Source: a virus
Length of the DNA: 64,000 bases
Strand: one strand, 5' to 3'
Virus record (IMG/VR): IMGVR_UViG_3300046519_000323
Location: 24,040 to 88,039 of that record
The notes under the pieces were generated by a model. That model saw only the letters and a list, made by a program, of their open reading frames with translations, did not search any database and was not told the origin of the DNA. Numbering within the stretch: position 1 is the stretch's first letter; every line of letters starts with the position of its first letter. Both the position numbers and the translations under genes were made by a program. Below are positions 35,373 to 44,217 of this stretch, one piece after another.

Positions 35373-35859
35373 TTTGCTTAAATGATTTCTTAATCTTTTT
35401 TAGGTCTGCGTCAGTTACAAAAAGACGTAGGCCCGTAAACTTAATTGCACCTGCATGAACTAAATGAATAATGGCGGGTGATACAAAAGAAACCCCTGCA
35501 ACCCATATAATGACTGCAGGGGTAATATTGTTCTCAGTATGAATGTAATAGACAAAAGCTAAAAAACCGCCCGTCATTGAAATCAGGAGTTTAATTGGCT
35601 TAGGTATTGGTTTCGCACCATACTCAGGCGTTGGAAAAAAATAACCTATTGTTGTCCCGCAAATTAAAACAAAAATGCAGGCTAACGTTAAAATAAAATC
35701 GCTATGACTAGCAGTAGATTGTCGAAGGGCTTCATTCGTTAAGAATGCCGCCCCCTTAGGGTTTTTATCGAGAGCGGCAAAAGCAGCTTCAGTACATGGC
35801 AAAAATAGCCATACTACTCGCCACATCAGCGCTAACGAAAATTTAAGAACATCGCTCAT
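35353..35859 (-). CDS. holin-like multi-pass membrane protein
   Basis: 168 aa, four or more hydrophobic helices, charged C-terminus. Lies upstream of the endolysin. Confidence 0.5.
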   Translation of the reverse strand: MSDVLKFSLALMWRVVWLFLPCTEAAFAALDKNPKGAAFLTNEALRQSTASHSDFILTLACIFVLICGTTIGYFFPTPEYGAKPIPKPIKLLISMTGGFLAFVYYIHTENNITPAVIIWVAGVSFVSPAIIHLVHAGAIKFTGLRLFVTDADLKKIKKSFKQNDNREG

Positions 35860-35869
35860 ATATACTCAC

Positions 35870-36136
35870 TTATTTGGTGAATCCTGCAGCGGCGGCCAGC
35901 ATGCAAGATAATTCTGAGTACATTTGAGCATCTTTCTTTAAAGCTTCTTTTTTAAGTTTCCATGCTGGGCTTTCGTAATATTCATCAATGAAATAAAACG
36001 GCAACTCTAAAACGTCATTCAGTTTGATATCACTATCAAGACTGAACTGTTGAATTTTCTTGTACCAGGATTGAATAGAGTTCTCTTGTTGGGCCTGTGA
36101 TTGCTGAAGTAGCGCGAAATCGTACGGGTGCATCAT
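35870..36136 (-). CDS. hypothetical protein (start uncertain)
   Basis: 88-aa ORF. Its first 101 nt overlap the end of 36036..36767 in the +1 frame. Confidence 0.35.
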   Translation of the reverse strand: MMHPYDFALLQQSQAQQENSIQSWYKKIQQFSLDSDIKLNDVLELPFYFIDEYYESPAWKLKKEALKKDAQMYSELSCMLAAAAGFTK

Positions 36137-36767
36137 CTGTACCCCCGTTATTAACCTTATTTAAAACGATTCCATTTGAATAAGAGATATCGACCAGCGT
36201 ATTTAACTGATTTCTTACATATGAAAATTTATTGAATAGATCATTAAATATAACTTGATCTAGTGAGAGTAAAGTTTCAGATCGGCTTTGAATAATCTTG
36301 CAGGTAAAATCTAAAGTCTTTTGCGGGGGTAATGCGGGTAAACCTTCAATATCATCGCATCCGATTTGTAACGCCATTGCTCCAATAATCCAATCAGCCG
36401 TATTTTCACAACCCAGCTCAAGCGCTTCAGCTTCTAGCCCCGTTAAATGTCTTGCTGAAATACCATTCTCTTCTATTCGTTTGCTAGAAAAGTTACTTAA
36501 ATCACCATTTAGATATTCAGAAATATCAATAGACCGATCTAAGTTTTTATCTTCAATAAAATTCAAGTATTTCAGGAAAATTGCATAACGTTCACTTACC
36601 GTTAAATCACCTGGTACAACCTCAGGCCCCAATATTGAAGATAATGCTTTACTTAGCATTGCTTCGTAGTGATTTGCTTTGATTTTTGCCATGTCCAAAA
36701 TATCACTACAAATAAGATGGCCGAACTTATAAAGACGGCCAGCAATTTTGTCTTGAAAATTACTCAT
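36036..36767 (-). CDS. hypothetical structural/assembly protein
   Basis: 243-aa ORF. Confidence 0.5.
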   Translation of the reverse strand: MSNFQDKIAGRLYKFGHLICSDILDMAKIKANHYEAMLSKALSSILGPEVVPGDLTVSERYAIFLKYLNFIEDKNLDRSIDISEYLNGDLSNFSSKRIEENGISARHLTGLEAEALELGCENTADWIIGAMALQIGCDDIEGLPALPPQKTLDFTCKIIQSRSETLLSLDQVIFNDLFNKFSYVRNQLNTLVDISYSNGIVLNKVNNGGTDDAPVRFRATSAITGPTRELYSILVQENSTVQS

Positions 36768-36772
36768 TAAAA

Positions 36773-37546
36773 TTACTCACTATATAACGATGAAATATTG
36801 TTTTTGTCCCATGCCTGTCTGCTTAAGAAAGTAACTTGCGTGGTGACAAACATACGGTTGCCGTCCTCATCCTTGGGTGTAGTCAGAGGCTCAGAATAGG
36901 ATTGAATTAATAAAGGAGCGTAGCGTTTACCGCCGTAATACACCGCAACAAAAGGCGGTACCAATGACGGGAAAAGCGACTGCAGAGACTTATCTTGTGC
37001 AAAGTTTGCTAGAAGTGACTGGTCGCTTAAAGACTCGGGCAATGTCCATTGTTTTAATAAATCTAGCTGGTCTTCAACTTCAGTTTTTGCATCTGCCCAT
37101 GCTTCGAAATGTAGGGAAAGAGGCAGTGTTAAAGCCCCTGTAGAAACATAGATTTGAGTTGAGTTTTCTTTTGTAAGGTTACTACGGCCAGTTAAGGAAT
37201 TAAGACTTTCCTTTTTATCATCGCTCATTTCAATGCCGATTGAACCTAAAACACTATCGAGTGTTTCTACCCATTGCCCTGATTGCAGCTGACCCATAAG
37301 TGTCGGTAGTTTTTGTTCAGGATTGGAATTTTCAAAGGGCGTTGAATACTGGTTTTCAATGGTGAGATCACCATCAATACCCAGTGCGGAAACTTGATCT
37401 GATTCTTCTAAAAGTTTGCCATCTTTATCACAACGGCGAATACGAACGATTAAATGTTCATTAATCTTTCCGTATTGGGATTTATTTTGATATTTGGGGG
37501 CCTGAGTAGGGGTATTTTGAGGCTCTGCAGGTAGTTTGTAAGCCAT
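36773..37546 (-). CDS. hypothetical virion structural protein
   Basis: 257-aa ORF at the head of the late block. No motif recognised. Confidence 0.5.
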   Translation of the reverse strand: MAYKLPAEPQNTPTQAPKYQNKSQYGKINEHLIVRIRRCDKDGKLLEESDQVSALGIDGDLTIENQYSTPFENSNPEQKLPTLMGQLQSGQWVETLDSVLGSIGIEMSDDKKESLNSLTGRSNLTKENSTQIYVSTGALTLPLSLHFEAWADAKTEVEDQLDLLKQWTLPESLSDQSLLANFAQDKSLQSLFPSLVPPFVAVYYGGKRYAPLLIQSYSEPLTTPKDEDGNRMFVTTQVTFLSRQAWDKNNISSLYSE

Positions 37547-37617
37547 AGGAAACCGAAAATAAGAGAATTAAGCTTATTTTATCGGTCCCCTATTTATTGA
37601 AATTTTTAGAGTTCCAT

Positions 37618-37953
37618 CTATTTTTTAACGTATTCAGGAAAATCTATTAGAATCTCTTTGCAGAGTTTATCTTTTCCAACTTCTGCACGACGCTCATCAA
37701 ATTGGCTCATACCAAATTTAATAACTTCCTGACTATATTTATCCCCTAATTCGTGTTTTGTGCATTTTGCTGCATCAGTGGTTAGCGACTTAGCGTAATA
37801 GCGATAATTACATGTAAATTGTGCTCTGCTCATAAATCCATGAAGTGCTACAGCTTGTTCGCAATATGTCGGCTCTTTACCATTTTTAGGCTCTAAAGCG
37901 TGAGTTAATGGAATAGTAAATAAAGCTAAAGTAATCACAAAAATTAAACGCAT
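37618..37953 (-). CDS. small secreted protein (signal peptide, four Cys)
   Basis: MRLIFVITLALFTIPLTHA signal-like N-terminus. Sits alone between a terminator and the structural genes. Confidence 0.5.
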   Translation of the reverse strand: MRLIFVITLALFTIPLTHALEPKNGKEPTYCEQAVALHGFMSRAQFTCNYRYYAKSLTTDAAKCTKHELGDKYSQEVIKFGMSQFDERRAEVGKDKLCKEILIDFPEYVKK

Positions 37954-38042
37954 GATTTCCCCTTTTATGTGGTTTAAATTTATATTGAGCTAGTAATTGT
38001 TCGCGTATTTAATATTAATTGTTTTTTAGTGTCTATTAATAA

Positions 38043-38067
38043 TAAAAAAAGAGGGTAAATACCCTCT
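38043..38067 (-). terminator. rho-independent terminator
   Basis: Minus strand reads AGAGGGT attt ACCCTCT followed by TTTTTTT. Confidence 0.7.
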
Positions 38068-38090
38068 CTTAATGAAAACTAAATCACATT

Positions 38091-38327
38091 TTATGCATCT
38101 TCAACAATTTTAACTGTTTCGCCAGCGCCACAATTTAAACAATGAGTATAAACACCATTACATAAAGTTTCTGTCCACTCGCCATCTATTTTAAAGTTTT
38201 CAGGAAACTCTGATTCAGGTAATGTTTGTGAATTAAATGTATTTGAATGAGGTGCAACACCGAAATAAGGAAAGATAGAATCCCCATTACCATCATCACA
38301 GTGTTCACAACATTTACTTTCGCTCAT
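38091..38327 (-). CDS. Cys-rich small protein
   Basis: Trimmed to MSESKCCEHCDDG.... A second cluster is HCLNCG. Confidence 0.45.
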   Translation of the reverse strand: MSESKCCEHCDDGNGDSIFPYFGVAPHSNTFNSQTLPESEFPENFKIDGEWTETLCNGVYTHCLNCGAGETVKIVEDA

Positions 38328-38523
38328 CAGCGATATACTCCATTTCCCAAGTTGGGTGAAAATAGTTTGATCTTTTTTCACCCTCGAGCCTAATTGTTAA
38401 ATGCATTGTGCCATCAGTACGTGTACCTGTGATGACACCTTGTTTACCCTCGGCAATTACACGCATGCCGCGCTTTGCTGGTACACCGTACATTTTACGT
38501 ATTGCTTCCATTGTGCCTTTCAT
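38314..38523 (-). CDS. hypothetical protein
   Basis: 69-aa ORF. Confidence 0.45.
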   Translation of the reverse strand: MKGTMEAIRKMYGVPAKRGMRVIAEGKQGVITGTRTDGTMHLTIRLEGEKRSNYFHPTWEMEYIADERK

Positions 38524-38556
38524 AACATTCCCCCTAATAATTTATGTCACCCTTAT

Positions 38557-38589
38557 GTGCCACATGTATGTGTCACATACATGTGGCAC
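38557..38589. promoter_or_regulatory. perfect 33-bp palindrome GTGCCACATGTATGTG-T-CACATACATGTGGCAC
   Basis: 16-bp arms with a 1-nt centre, no flanking U-run, in the 74-bp gap between 38598..39086 and 38314..38523. Confidence 0.55.
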
Positions 38590-38597
38590 TACGGTCT

Positions 38598-39086
38598 TTA
38601 AATAAACGAAATATGGGTTACTGTATCGTCTTCTTTTATTGTCATTGATACTTGCTGTACTGGTGCCGAAGCTACAGGCTTGGGACTTTCAATAATAAAT
38701 CCTATTTCATGATCTTTTTTGCAATACCAGTACCCTGTCGAATAATCTTCATTCTCAGGTAGGACTTTAAACACTTGTCTAGCTAATTTCTCTTGCTCTT
38801 CATGCATAGTGAAAAAACCTTGATTTTCCCAAGCCTGAAGACTGCCATTAGCTAAACGTATGAGTACAAGGTCAGAACCAAATAAACCAATTTTTTTACG
38901 TACCTGTACTGCAAAGCCCACACACTGCATTACGCTTGCATAGGGATGAAGAGCATATAAAAATTGCCCTTGTTTTAACTCCGTGCCACTATCGAAATTA
39001 GAAGTTATAAGTCTTGAACCTTTCTCATAATCTCTGTTTTCGATTATTTGTTTTAAAACTTCTAAACGTTTTTCTTCAGTAATCAT
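38598..39086 (-). CDS. hypothetical protein
   Basis: 162-aa ORF. Confidence 0.5.
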   Translation of the reverse strand: MITEEKRLEVLKQIIENRDYEKGSRLITSNFDSGTELKQGQFLYALHPYASVMQCVGFAVQVRKKIGLFGSDLVLIRLANGSLQAWENQGFFTMHEEQEKLARQVFKVLPENEDYSTGYWYCKKDHEIGFIIESPKPVASAPVQQVSMTIKEDDTVTHISFI

Positions 39087-39126
39087 AAAATGCCCCTAAT
39101 ATTAAATATTTAAGAATGAAACTCTG

Positions 39127-39432
39127 TTAATTGGGTGTTTTAGCTTTAGGTATTTGTAAAGAACTAACTGTTTCCAAAATTAAAACTACAGCTTCATACT
39201 TAACCCTATTTAAATCGTCATGAGGGGGATTAAAAAAACTAATAAAACCTGAAAAACTTGAGCATTCACCTTCTTCTTCAAGATGGGCATAGTATTTATA
39301 CGCTAAGTCAAAAACTTCTTTTTGAAATCTTAACGTCGCATTTTCATGTTCTACTTCAGCACGGCGTTCAAGTATTAAATCCCGCTCATCATCAGTTAAT
39401 TCCATCATTGTAGCCATTAAAAACTCACCCAT
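39127..39432 (-). CDS. hypothetical protein
   Basis: 101-aa ORF. Confidence 0.45.
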   Translation of the reverse strand: MGEFLMATMMELTDDERDLILERRAEVEHENATLRFQKEVFDLAYKYYAHLEEEGECSSFSGFISFFNPPHDDLNRVKYEAVVLILETVSSLQIPKAKTPN

Positions 39433-39516
39433 TTTTAAGGAAATTAATTCCTTTGTTTTCGTATATATTTTGGTTAAGCCGTACCAACATTGGTTAATAC
39501 GGCCTCTAAAGTTGAA

Positions 39517-39720
39517 TCAATTTGATGCTTTATTATTTTCAAGTAATTCTGTTAAAGCTTCCTCAAGTGTTGCGCCGTAGCTGGTATTTAAAGGGCTACC
39601 CGCTTCCACCAATGTAGCCATAAAACCCTCAGTGTCGAGACTTAGGGCAACTTCACAAACTTCATCGGGGTCATTTGCTAAGATTTCACGAATTAACTGA
39701 TCTATTTTATTACTGCTCAT
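39517..39720 (-). CDS. hypothetical acidic protein
   Basis: 67-aa ORF. Confidence 0.45.
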   Translation of the reverse strand: MSSNKIDQLIREILANDPDEVCEVALSLDTEGFMATLVEAGSPLNTSYGATLEEALTELLENNKASN

Positions 39721-39735
39721 AGGTTTTTTACTCTG

Positions 39736-39975
39736 TTAAATGAAGTCGCTTGCATTAAAAGCCTTTTGAACTTTGGCTCTTGCTTGCCACATGGCCCAAC
39801 CATAACTTAAACGTTCAGCTGCTTGCATAACAATAAGTTGATCAGCAAATTGATGTTTTGGCATATAAGCATTTAATGCCGCTATATATTCAACTCGTTC
39901 GAAAAGCAGTTCTGTATTCTGAGTTGCCTCAAAAAGTTCTCTTTCCTTATTCAAGTCAATTTGTTTACTGTTCAT
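39736..39975 (-). CDS. hypothetical protein
   Basis: Trimmed to MNSKQIDLNKE..., which minimises overlap with the upstream gene. Confidence 0.45.
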   Translation of the reverse strand: MNSKQIDLNKERELFEATQNTELLFERVEYIAALNAYMPKHQFADQLIVMQAAERLSYGWAMWQARAKVQKAFNASDFI

Positions 39976-40543
39976 TTTTTGATTTAACCATTTCAGTACC
40001 AGCATTAATTAGAGCTTTAAATGCTTTTAAATACTCTTCAGGATTTCCATAACGAAAGCTAAGGAGCCCCGACATCAGTGCATACCATTGGTCCTGTGTT
40101 CCAAATTTTGGCAACCAGTAACACTTTATGTCTTTATTAAGTTTTTCAATAAAAACATCTTCACCAGCCTCCCATTTACCCTTTTCGCCCGTAGCTAAAA
40201 AATTGAGATAGCGTTGAACAATTACTGAGGATTTATCGGCACAACATGCACTACCCTCAAATTGAGTGCATAGTTTTTCAATATGGTTTTCATAAAATTG
40301 AAAATCTGTGAAAATCTGAACATATTCATCACTAGCGTTTTTTACAGTTTTTACGGCTTCTTCTACCGCGTCTTCAAATTTATAGAGGACCATACAATTA
40401 AAAATAGACGGCGTTTTAAATATTTCAGGATGTTGAATTATATATTTATAAACAGGATGTTCTTGCGCCGCTTTCGATTTGCTCGCTAGTAATCCGCCAA
40501 AAAGATTATTTAACCCTTCTTCGATTTCTGCTGTTTTAACCAT
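39965..40543 (-). CDS. hypothetical protein
   Basis: 192-aa ORF. Confidence 0.5.
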   Translation of the reverse strand: MVKTAEIEEGLNNLFGGLLASKSKAAQEHPVYKYIIQHPEIFKTPSIFNCMVLYKFEDAVEEAVKTVKNASDEYVQIFTDFQFYENHIEKLCTQFEGSACCADKSSVIVQRYLNFLATGEKGKWEAGEDVFIEKLNKDIKCYWLPKFGTQDQWYALMSGLLSFRYGNPEEYLKAFKALINAGTEMVKSKNEQ

Positions 40544-40579
40544 GTTAAAAGTTTCCTATTAAGTTAATTTAAAATATTT

Positions 40580-41113
40580 TTACCAGGGGAAAATAACGGC
40601 TTCTTCAGCCGGGTAATAGCAAAGCGGAGCGGTACAGTTTTTGATTTGTTCATTTAACTCATCAAAAGCTTTTTGTAGCTCTTCAGGTAACTCAATCCCG
40701 TCAGGTAAATGTTCCTGGTATATATCCTCAGGAGCGATCTGATCAGCATATTTAGGGGTTGCAAAAACAAGCATTAAATCTTTTTCGTTTTGCTGCTTTT
40801 CTTTCATGTACTCGAGTAAAGCTTGACGACTTTCTGAGAAAAACCATTTGTCTGCAGTGATTGAATAAATATGCTCCCCTTCCCATACTCGCTTTGGGAA
40901 TTGTTCATACTTTTCACGTTCATCGATGTTATGGCATTCTTCACAATAGCCTTGTTTCGGAATGACATGACCCCTATTACATTTACGGTGTGTTGAGCCG
41001 TCATAACGAGCTAAGCTCTCATTTAAATACATATTGCCGATTCTGGAAATCCAAACCGTTTCTTGCACGGGTTGTGCTGCAATTTGATCTGTTGGTAAGA
41101 CTATTTCAGTCAT
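40580..41113 (-). CDS. hypothetical protein with a Cys/His cluster
   Basis: Trimmed to MTEIVLPTDQ, 1 nt after the upstream stop. HRKCNRGH...CEECH. Confidence 0.5.
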   Translation of the reverse strand: MTEIVLPTDQIAAQPVQETVWISRIGNMYLNESLARYDGSTHRKCNRGHVIPKQGYCEECHNIDEREKYEQFPKRVWEGEHIYSITADKWFFSESRQALLEYMKEKQQNEKDLMLVFATPKYADQIAPEDIYQEHLPDGIELPEELQKAFDELNEQIKNCTAPLCYYPAEEAVIFPW

Positions 41114-41114
41114 T

Positions 41115-41663
41115 TTATTTAGCCTGTACTGATTCAATAATTTGTTGCATTAATTGGTAGGTTTTTGGAGCTCGCCAAGCCGAATCTTCTGGGTAGTTAG
41201 ATTCTTCCTTAAATAAGGCTTCTAGTTGGTCCCATTGGGCAATTAGTGCTGCCCATACTGAAGATACTTTTGCCATGTCTGACAGCTTCTCACGCAGCTC
41301 AGGGACAGCATCTAAAAGCTTTATGCAACGACTTAGATCAGCTGGGTCCCGTGGGTAATCCTTCGCCGTACTTAATGGGCTGACATTCATCAATGTGACA
41401 GCCATACAGATACTTGATAGACCTGTTCGGCCTGTAGCGAACCAGCGAATAACCTTCTCAAAACTCTCTACATTTCTGTAAAGCTCGAAATAGGTTGGAG
41501 CTTGTATATAGAAGTGTTTACGAGCAATATCATCGCTTACCGTAACAACATCTAAATTCTGCTTTGCTGCAGCAATACGTGTTTGTCTGTTGAACTTTGT
41601 CTTTGAACCGATTTCAACAACTTGACCGCTTGTATCCATAGTCATTACAGAGGTGCCATTCAT
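41115..41663 (-). CDS. hypothetical protein
   Basis: 182-aa ORF. Confidence 0.5.
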   Translation of the reverse strand: MNGTSVMTMDTSGQVVEIGSKTKFNRQTRIAAAKQNLDVVTVSDDIARKHFYIQAPTYFELYRNVESFEKVIRWFATGRTGLSSICMAVTLMNVSPLSTAKDYPRDPADLSRCIKLLDAVPELREKLSDMAKVSSVWAALIAQWDQLEALFKEESNYPEDSAWRAPKTYQLMQQIIESVQAK

Positions 41664-42259
41664 ACGGTTGCCTCCTTTTTATTACTAAAGAAGGTTTCGA
41701 CCATGGCTTTTTGAAAGGACTTAATATATTCCTCAAGTTGGGTAAATTCGGGATTTATTTTTTTGCTAAATACTGAACTTTCATACCAATTTGAATCAAA
41801 AAGTTTTTCAAAAAACTCGAAAGTAGATTCATTGTGATACATGAAATCCATACTTAAGCATTGCTCGTTATTGATAACGGCATCATATGCATTACGTATG
41901 ATTTCCTTAAAATCAAAATCGTTATCTTCAGCATTAAACAAAAGCTCTTTGATACGTTCTCGATATTCGCTGTATATAGACTTAAAGAAATTATCGATAT
42001 CTGTATCATCAATCTGATAAGGCTTTTTAAATAGTTTTTCGACTAGATAACATGGTGTTGCAGTAGCAAGAAATCGCTTTAATGGCATACCTGCATTAGC
42101 CCATGTGTGTGAACCAATATAATCATCATCGATATTAAAAATTGCTTTGCCGCTATGCTCGCCTGTAGGCATAACCATGACGGTTATAGGTAGACATAGT
42201 TCACGGTCAAAAAAGCTCAAAACTTCTTGAGTTGAAGACGAAAGATTATAATTTTTCAT
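41660..42259 (-). CDS. hypothetical protein, paralogue of 42246..42851
   Basis: Shares LKRFLATATPCYLVEKLF / LKQFLAETYPESLINRLF, FFEKLFDSNWYESS / ILNKIFGEDFWWSS and the C-terminal EEYIKSFQKA / QMIKEFQQYL blocks. Confidence 0.5.
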   Translation of the reverse strand: MKNYNLSSSTQEVLSFFDRELCLPITVMVMPTGEHSGKAIFNIDDDYIGSHTWANAGMPLKRFLATATPCYLVEKLFKKPYQIDDTDIDNFFKSIYSEYRERIKELLFNAEDNDFDFKEIIRNAYDAVINNEQCLSMDFMYHNESTFEFFEKLFDSNWYESSVFSKKINPEFTQLEEYIKSFQKAMVETFFSNKKEATV

Positions 42260-42851
42260 TAATTTGCCCCTTCAAATACTGTTGAAACTCCTTAATCATT
42301 TGAAGCTGATACTTATATGTTTCATTGTCTTTTTCAGGAGGGCTTGAAGACCACCAAAAGTCTTCACCAAAAATTTTATTTAAGATTGCATTGGTTTCTT
42401 CACTTAGGTCTTTACATGCGAGCTCAGGGTTTTCAAAACAAACGTCTAACAAATCAATGTAGACACTGCGTAGCTCTTTTTTAGATACTTCTTCTGAACG
42501 GCGTGCTTCAAATATTTGCGATCGACAATTTTGATATGCCCATTCTATTAACTCTTCGCCAGTTTCAACCGGTTCTTTACTACTAATACTGCCAAATAAC
42601 CGATTTATAAGACTTTCAGGATATGTTTCAGCTAAAAACTGTTTTAAAGTCGTGTTGTCGCCATTTGAGTAAAAAGCTGTTCCAACGCAATCAGGCAGGA
42701 TGATAGTAATGCGGCCACCGCCTGTACTTCCGTACTTAAAGCTTTCATCATTTGGTTCAATGATGGCTTTCAGCCATTCCTGACCATTAAGCATCTTGGT
42801 CAAAGTGATGCATTCAATGAGCTGCGTCTTTGCTTCAATTTTATTTGTCAT
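42246..42851 (-). CDS. hypothetical protein, paralogue of 41660..42259
   Basis: See the paralogue blocks listed for 41660..42259. Confidence 0.5.
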   Translation of the reverse strand: MTNKIEAKTQLIECITLTKMLNGQEWLKAIIEPNDESFKYGSTGGGRITIILPDCVGTAFYSNGDNTTLKQFLAETYPESLINRLFGSISSKEPVETGEELIEWAYQNCRSQIFEARRSEEVSKKELRSVYIDLLDVCFENPELACKDLSEETNAILNKIFGEDFWWSSSPPEKDNETYKYQLQMIKEFQQYLKGQINEKL

Positions 42852-42854
42852 TTG

Positions 42855-43001
42855 TTAGTACCGGTATAGGGCTTCTTTTGAGCGAACAAGGTCGCAATAA
42901 TCAAGGACTTCGTGCAATTTCACGCCGTGAAAAGTCCACGGCGTAGCTTTCTTGCTATGAATCACTAAAACGAGAGTTTTGGAGCTATACGAAAAACCCA
43001 T
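42855..43001 (-). CDS. small protein, 48 aa (MGFSYSSKTLVLVIHSKKATPWTFHGVKLHEVLDYCDLVRSKEALYRY), below the ORF-track cutoff
   Basis: Hand-translated. The ATG directly abuts the exonuclease stop (TAA 43004..43002), and its own TAA lies 3 nt before the next ATG (42851). Confidence 0.45.
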   Translation of the reverse strand: MGFSYSSKTLVLVIHSKKATPWTFHGVKLHEVLDYCDLVRSKEALYRY

Positions 43002-43688
43002 TTAAGCCACCTGCTCTAATGCTTTTCTTAAATGTCGATCAAGGTCATTGCGGCCTAACATATATTCGATGTAGCTTTTAGGCAGATCTGCAATAGCCTC
43101 GCCCTTATGCTTACCAAAGGGCATATTCGTGGGTATTTGAATTGCTTCAGCTACAAGAGCAAGGCTGTTTAAATCGGTTATCGCAAGCTTCTGTATAATT
43201 TGATTCAGCAAACTGGCAGTTAATAAGATATCTACTGAAGCAGAATGTGCATTACGTAAATAGTCCCGAATTTTTACGGTATCTTTTGCAAAGAAATACG
43301 ACAATGCGCTAAGCGTATGAGAATCAAGTTCGGGCCATAAATGACGAGAAAGTGATAGCGTACAGATTGCTTTAATTTGATTAGTATTCACCCCAGCACG
43401 ATTCAGTGCTTGGATGTCATAGTCAATTTTATGGCCGACTATGTAAATTGTTTCTGCAGGTAATTTAAAAAGACTACAGTGAGGTTGTCCCTCAATTTCA
43501 GATTCTAATATGTGGTGAACTGCCATAGCACCTAAGCTAATTGGTTCGCCACAAGAAAAATATTTCTGAACTAGTTGGGATTGGTCAACAACGACCTTCG
43601 TATTTTGGATTGCTAATGGTACGTAAGCGATTTCGATGGGTAGACCATGTAATTTATGCGTTTCAGTGTCGAGAATAATTGCTTTCAT
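43002..43688 (-). CDS. DnaQ-like 3'-5' exonuclease (exodeoxyribonuclease X-like)
   Basis: Exo I ILDTET, Exo II GHKIDYD, Exo III HSASVD. The C-terminal FGKHKGEAIADLPKSYIEYML block is typical of ExoX-like C-termini. Confidence 0.75.
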   Translation of the reverse strand: MKAIILDTETHKLHGLPIEIAYVPLAIQNTKVVVDQSQLVQKYFSCGEPISLGAMAVHHILESEIEGQPHCSLFKLPAETIYIVGHKIDYDIQALNRAGVNTNQIKAICTLSLSRHLWPELDSHTLSALSYFFAKDTVKIRDYLRNAHSASVDILLTASLLNQIIQKLAITDLNSLALVAEAIQIPTNMPFGKHKGEAIADLPKSYIEYMLGRNDLDRHLRKALEQVA

Positions 43689-43987
43689 TTCGGCAAACTC
43701 TCTATCGCTGCAGCACTATGAATTACACAAACTTCGGCAACCAGCTCAAAGTTTTTATAAAAATCCTTATTGATGAAAACACTAATAATTTTGATGCCAG
43801 CTGAATCAGCCGGTTCACTTTCAGAACGTGATTTTTCATCACAATAATGCTGAATAGCTGCAGCAATGTGCTCGTCATCTATGCTTGCGCTTTCCTGAAG
43901 TAATTCAAAATACTCATTCTGTATTAATACAGCAGTTTGTATATTCTGAATCCCCGAAAAATCAACATCTAAGCTTATAATTTTCAA
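43685..43987 (-). CDS. hypothetical acidic protein (first gene of the leftward early operon)
   Basis: 100-aa ORF directly downstream of the promoter/operator region at 44000-44110. Confidence 0.5.
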   Translation of the reverse strand: MKIISLDVDFSGIQNIQTAVLIQNEYFELLQESASIDDEHIAAAIQHYCDEKSRSESEPADSAGIKIISVFINKDFYKNFELVAEVCVIHSAAAIESLPK

Positions 43988-44051
43988 TAAAATCCCCTTC
44001 TTACCTATTCTTTTTGAAGAATATACATTTGATACTAATGATGTATATATT

Positions 44052-44065
44052 ATGCATTAATGTAT
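44052..44065. promoter_or_regulatory. operator-like palindrome ATGCATTAATGTAT (ATRCAT family)
   Basis: 13/14 match to the family palindrome, in the divergent region between 43987 (minus-strand operon) and 44218 (plus-strand gene). ATATACAT...ATGTATAT arms lie at 44021..44048. Confidence 0.5.
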
Positions 44066-44217
44066 AATTTGTATAGTATAAAATGCATAAAATGTATATT
44101 TAATGATTAATTGTTAATTTTTAGCTGTATTTAAAACTTTAGAATTAGTAAGTAACAATTTGTTTTTCAATAACTTATAATCAATAAGTTAGGTAATAGA
44201 AAATAAAGAGCTTAGAC

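Noticed and set aside
36036-36136. A 101-nt overlap between ORFs 36036..36767 and 35870..36136, with a G5 run (AAC GGG GGT) at the point where the second frame opens. This could be a programmed frameshift like those in tail-chaperone genes.
   Set aside because: The second frame is +1, not -1, relative to the first, and there is no X-XXY-YYZ slippery heptamer. The genes are followed by the lysis cassette, not a tape-measure gene. More likely the downstream ORF uses a later, non-ATG start. A frameshift cannot be supported from sequence alone.
38401-38605. Two plus-strand ORFs (66 and 65 aa) spanning the 33-bp palindrome.
   Set aside because: They are antisense to the minus-strand operon and Cys/His/Thr-rich because of the palindromic sequence, with no start context. 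The DNA or RNA element is the more economical explanation.
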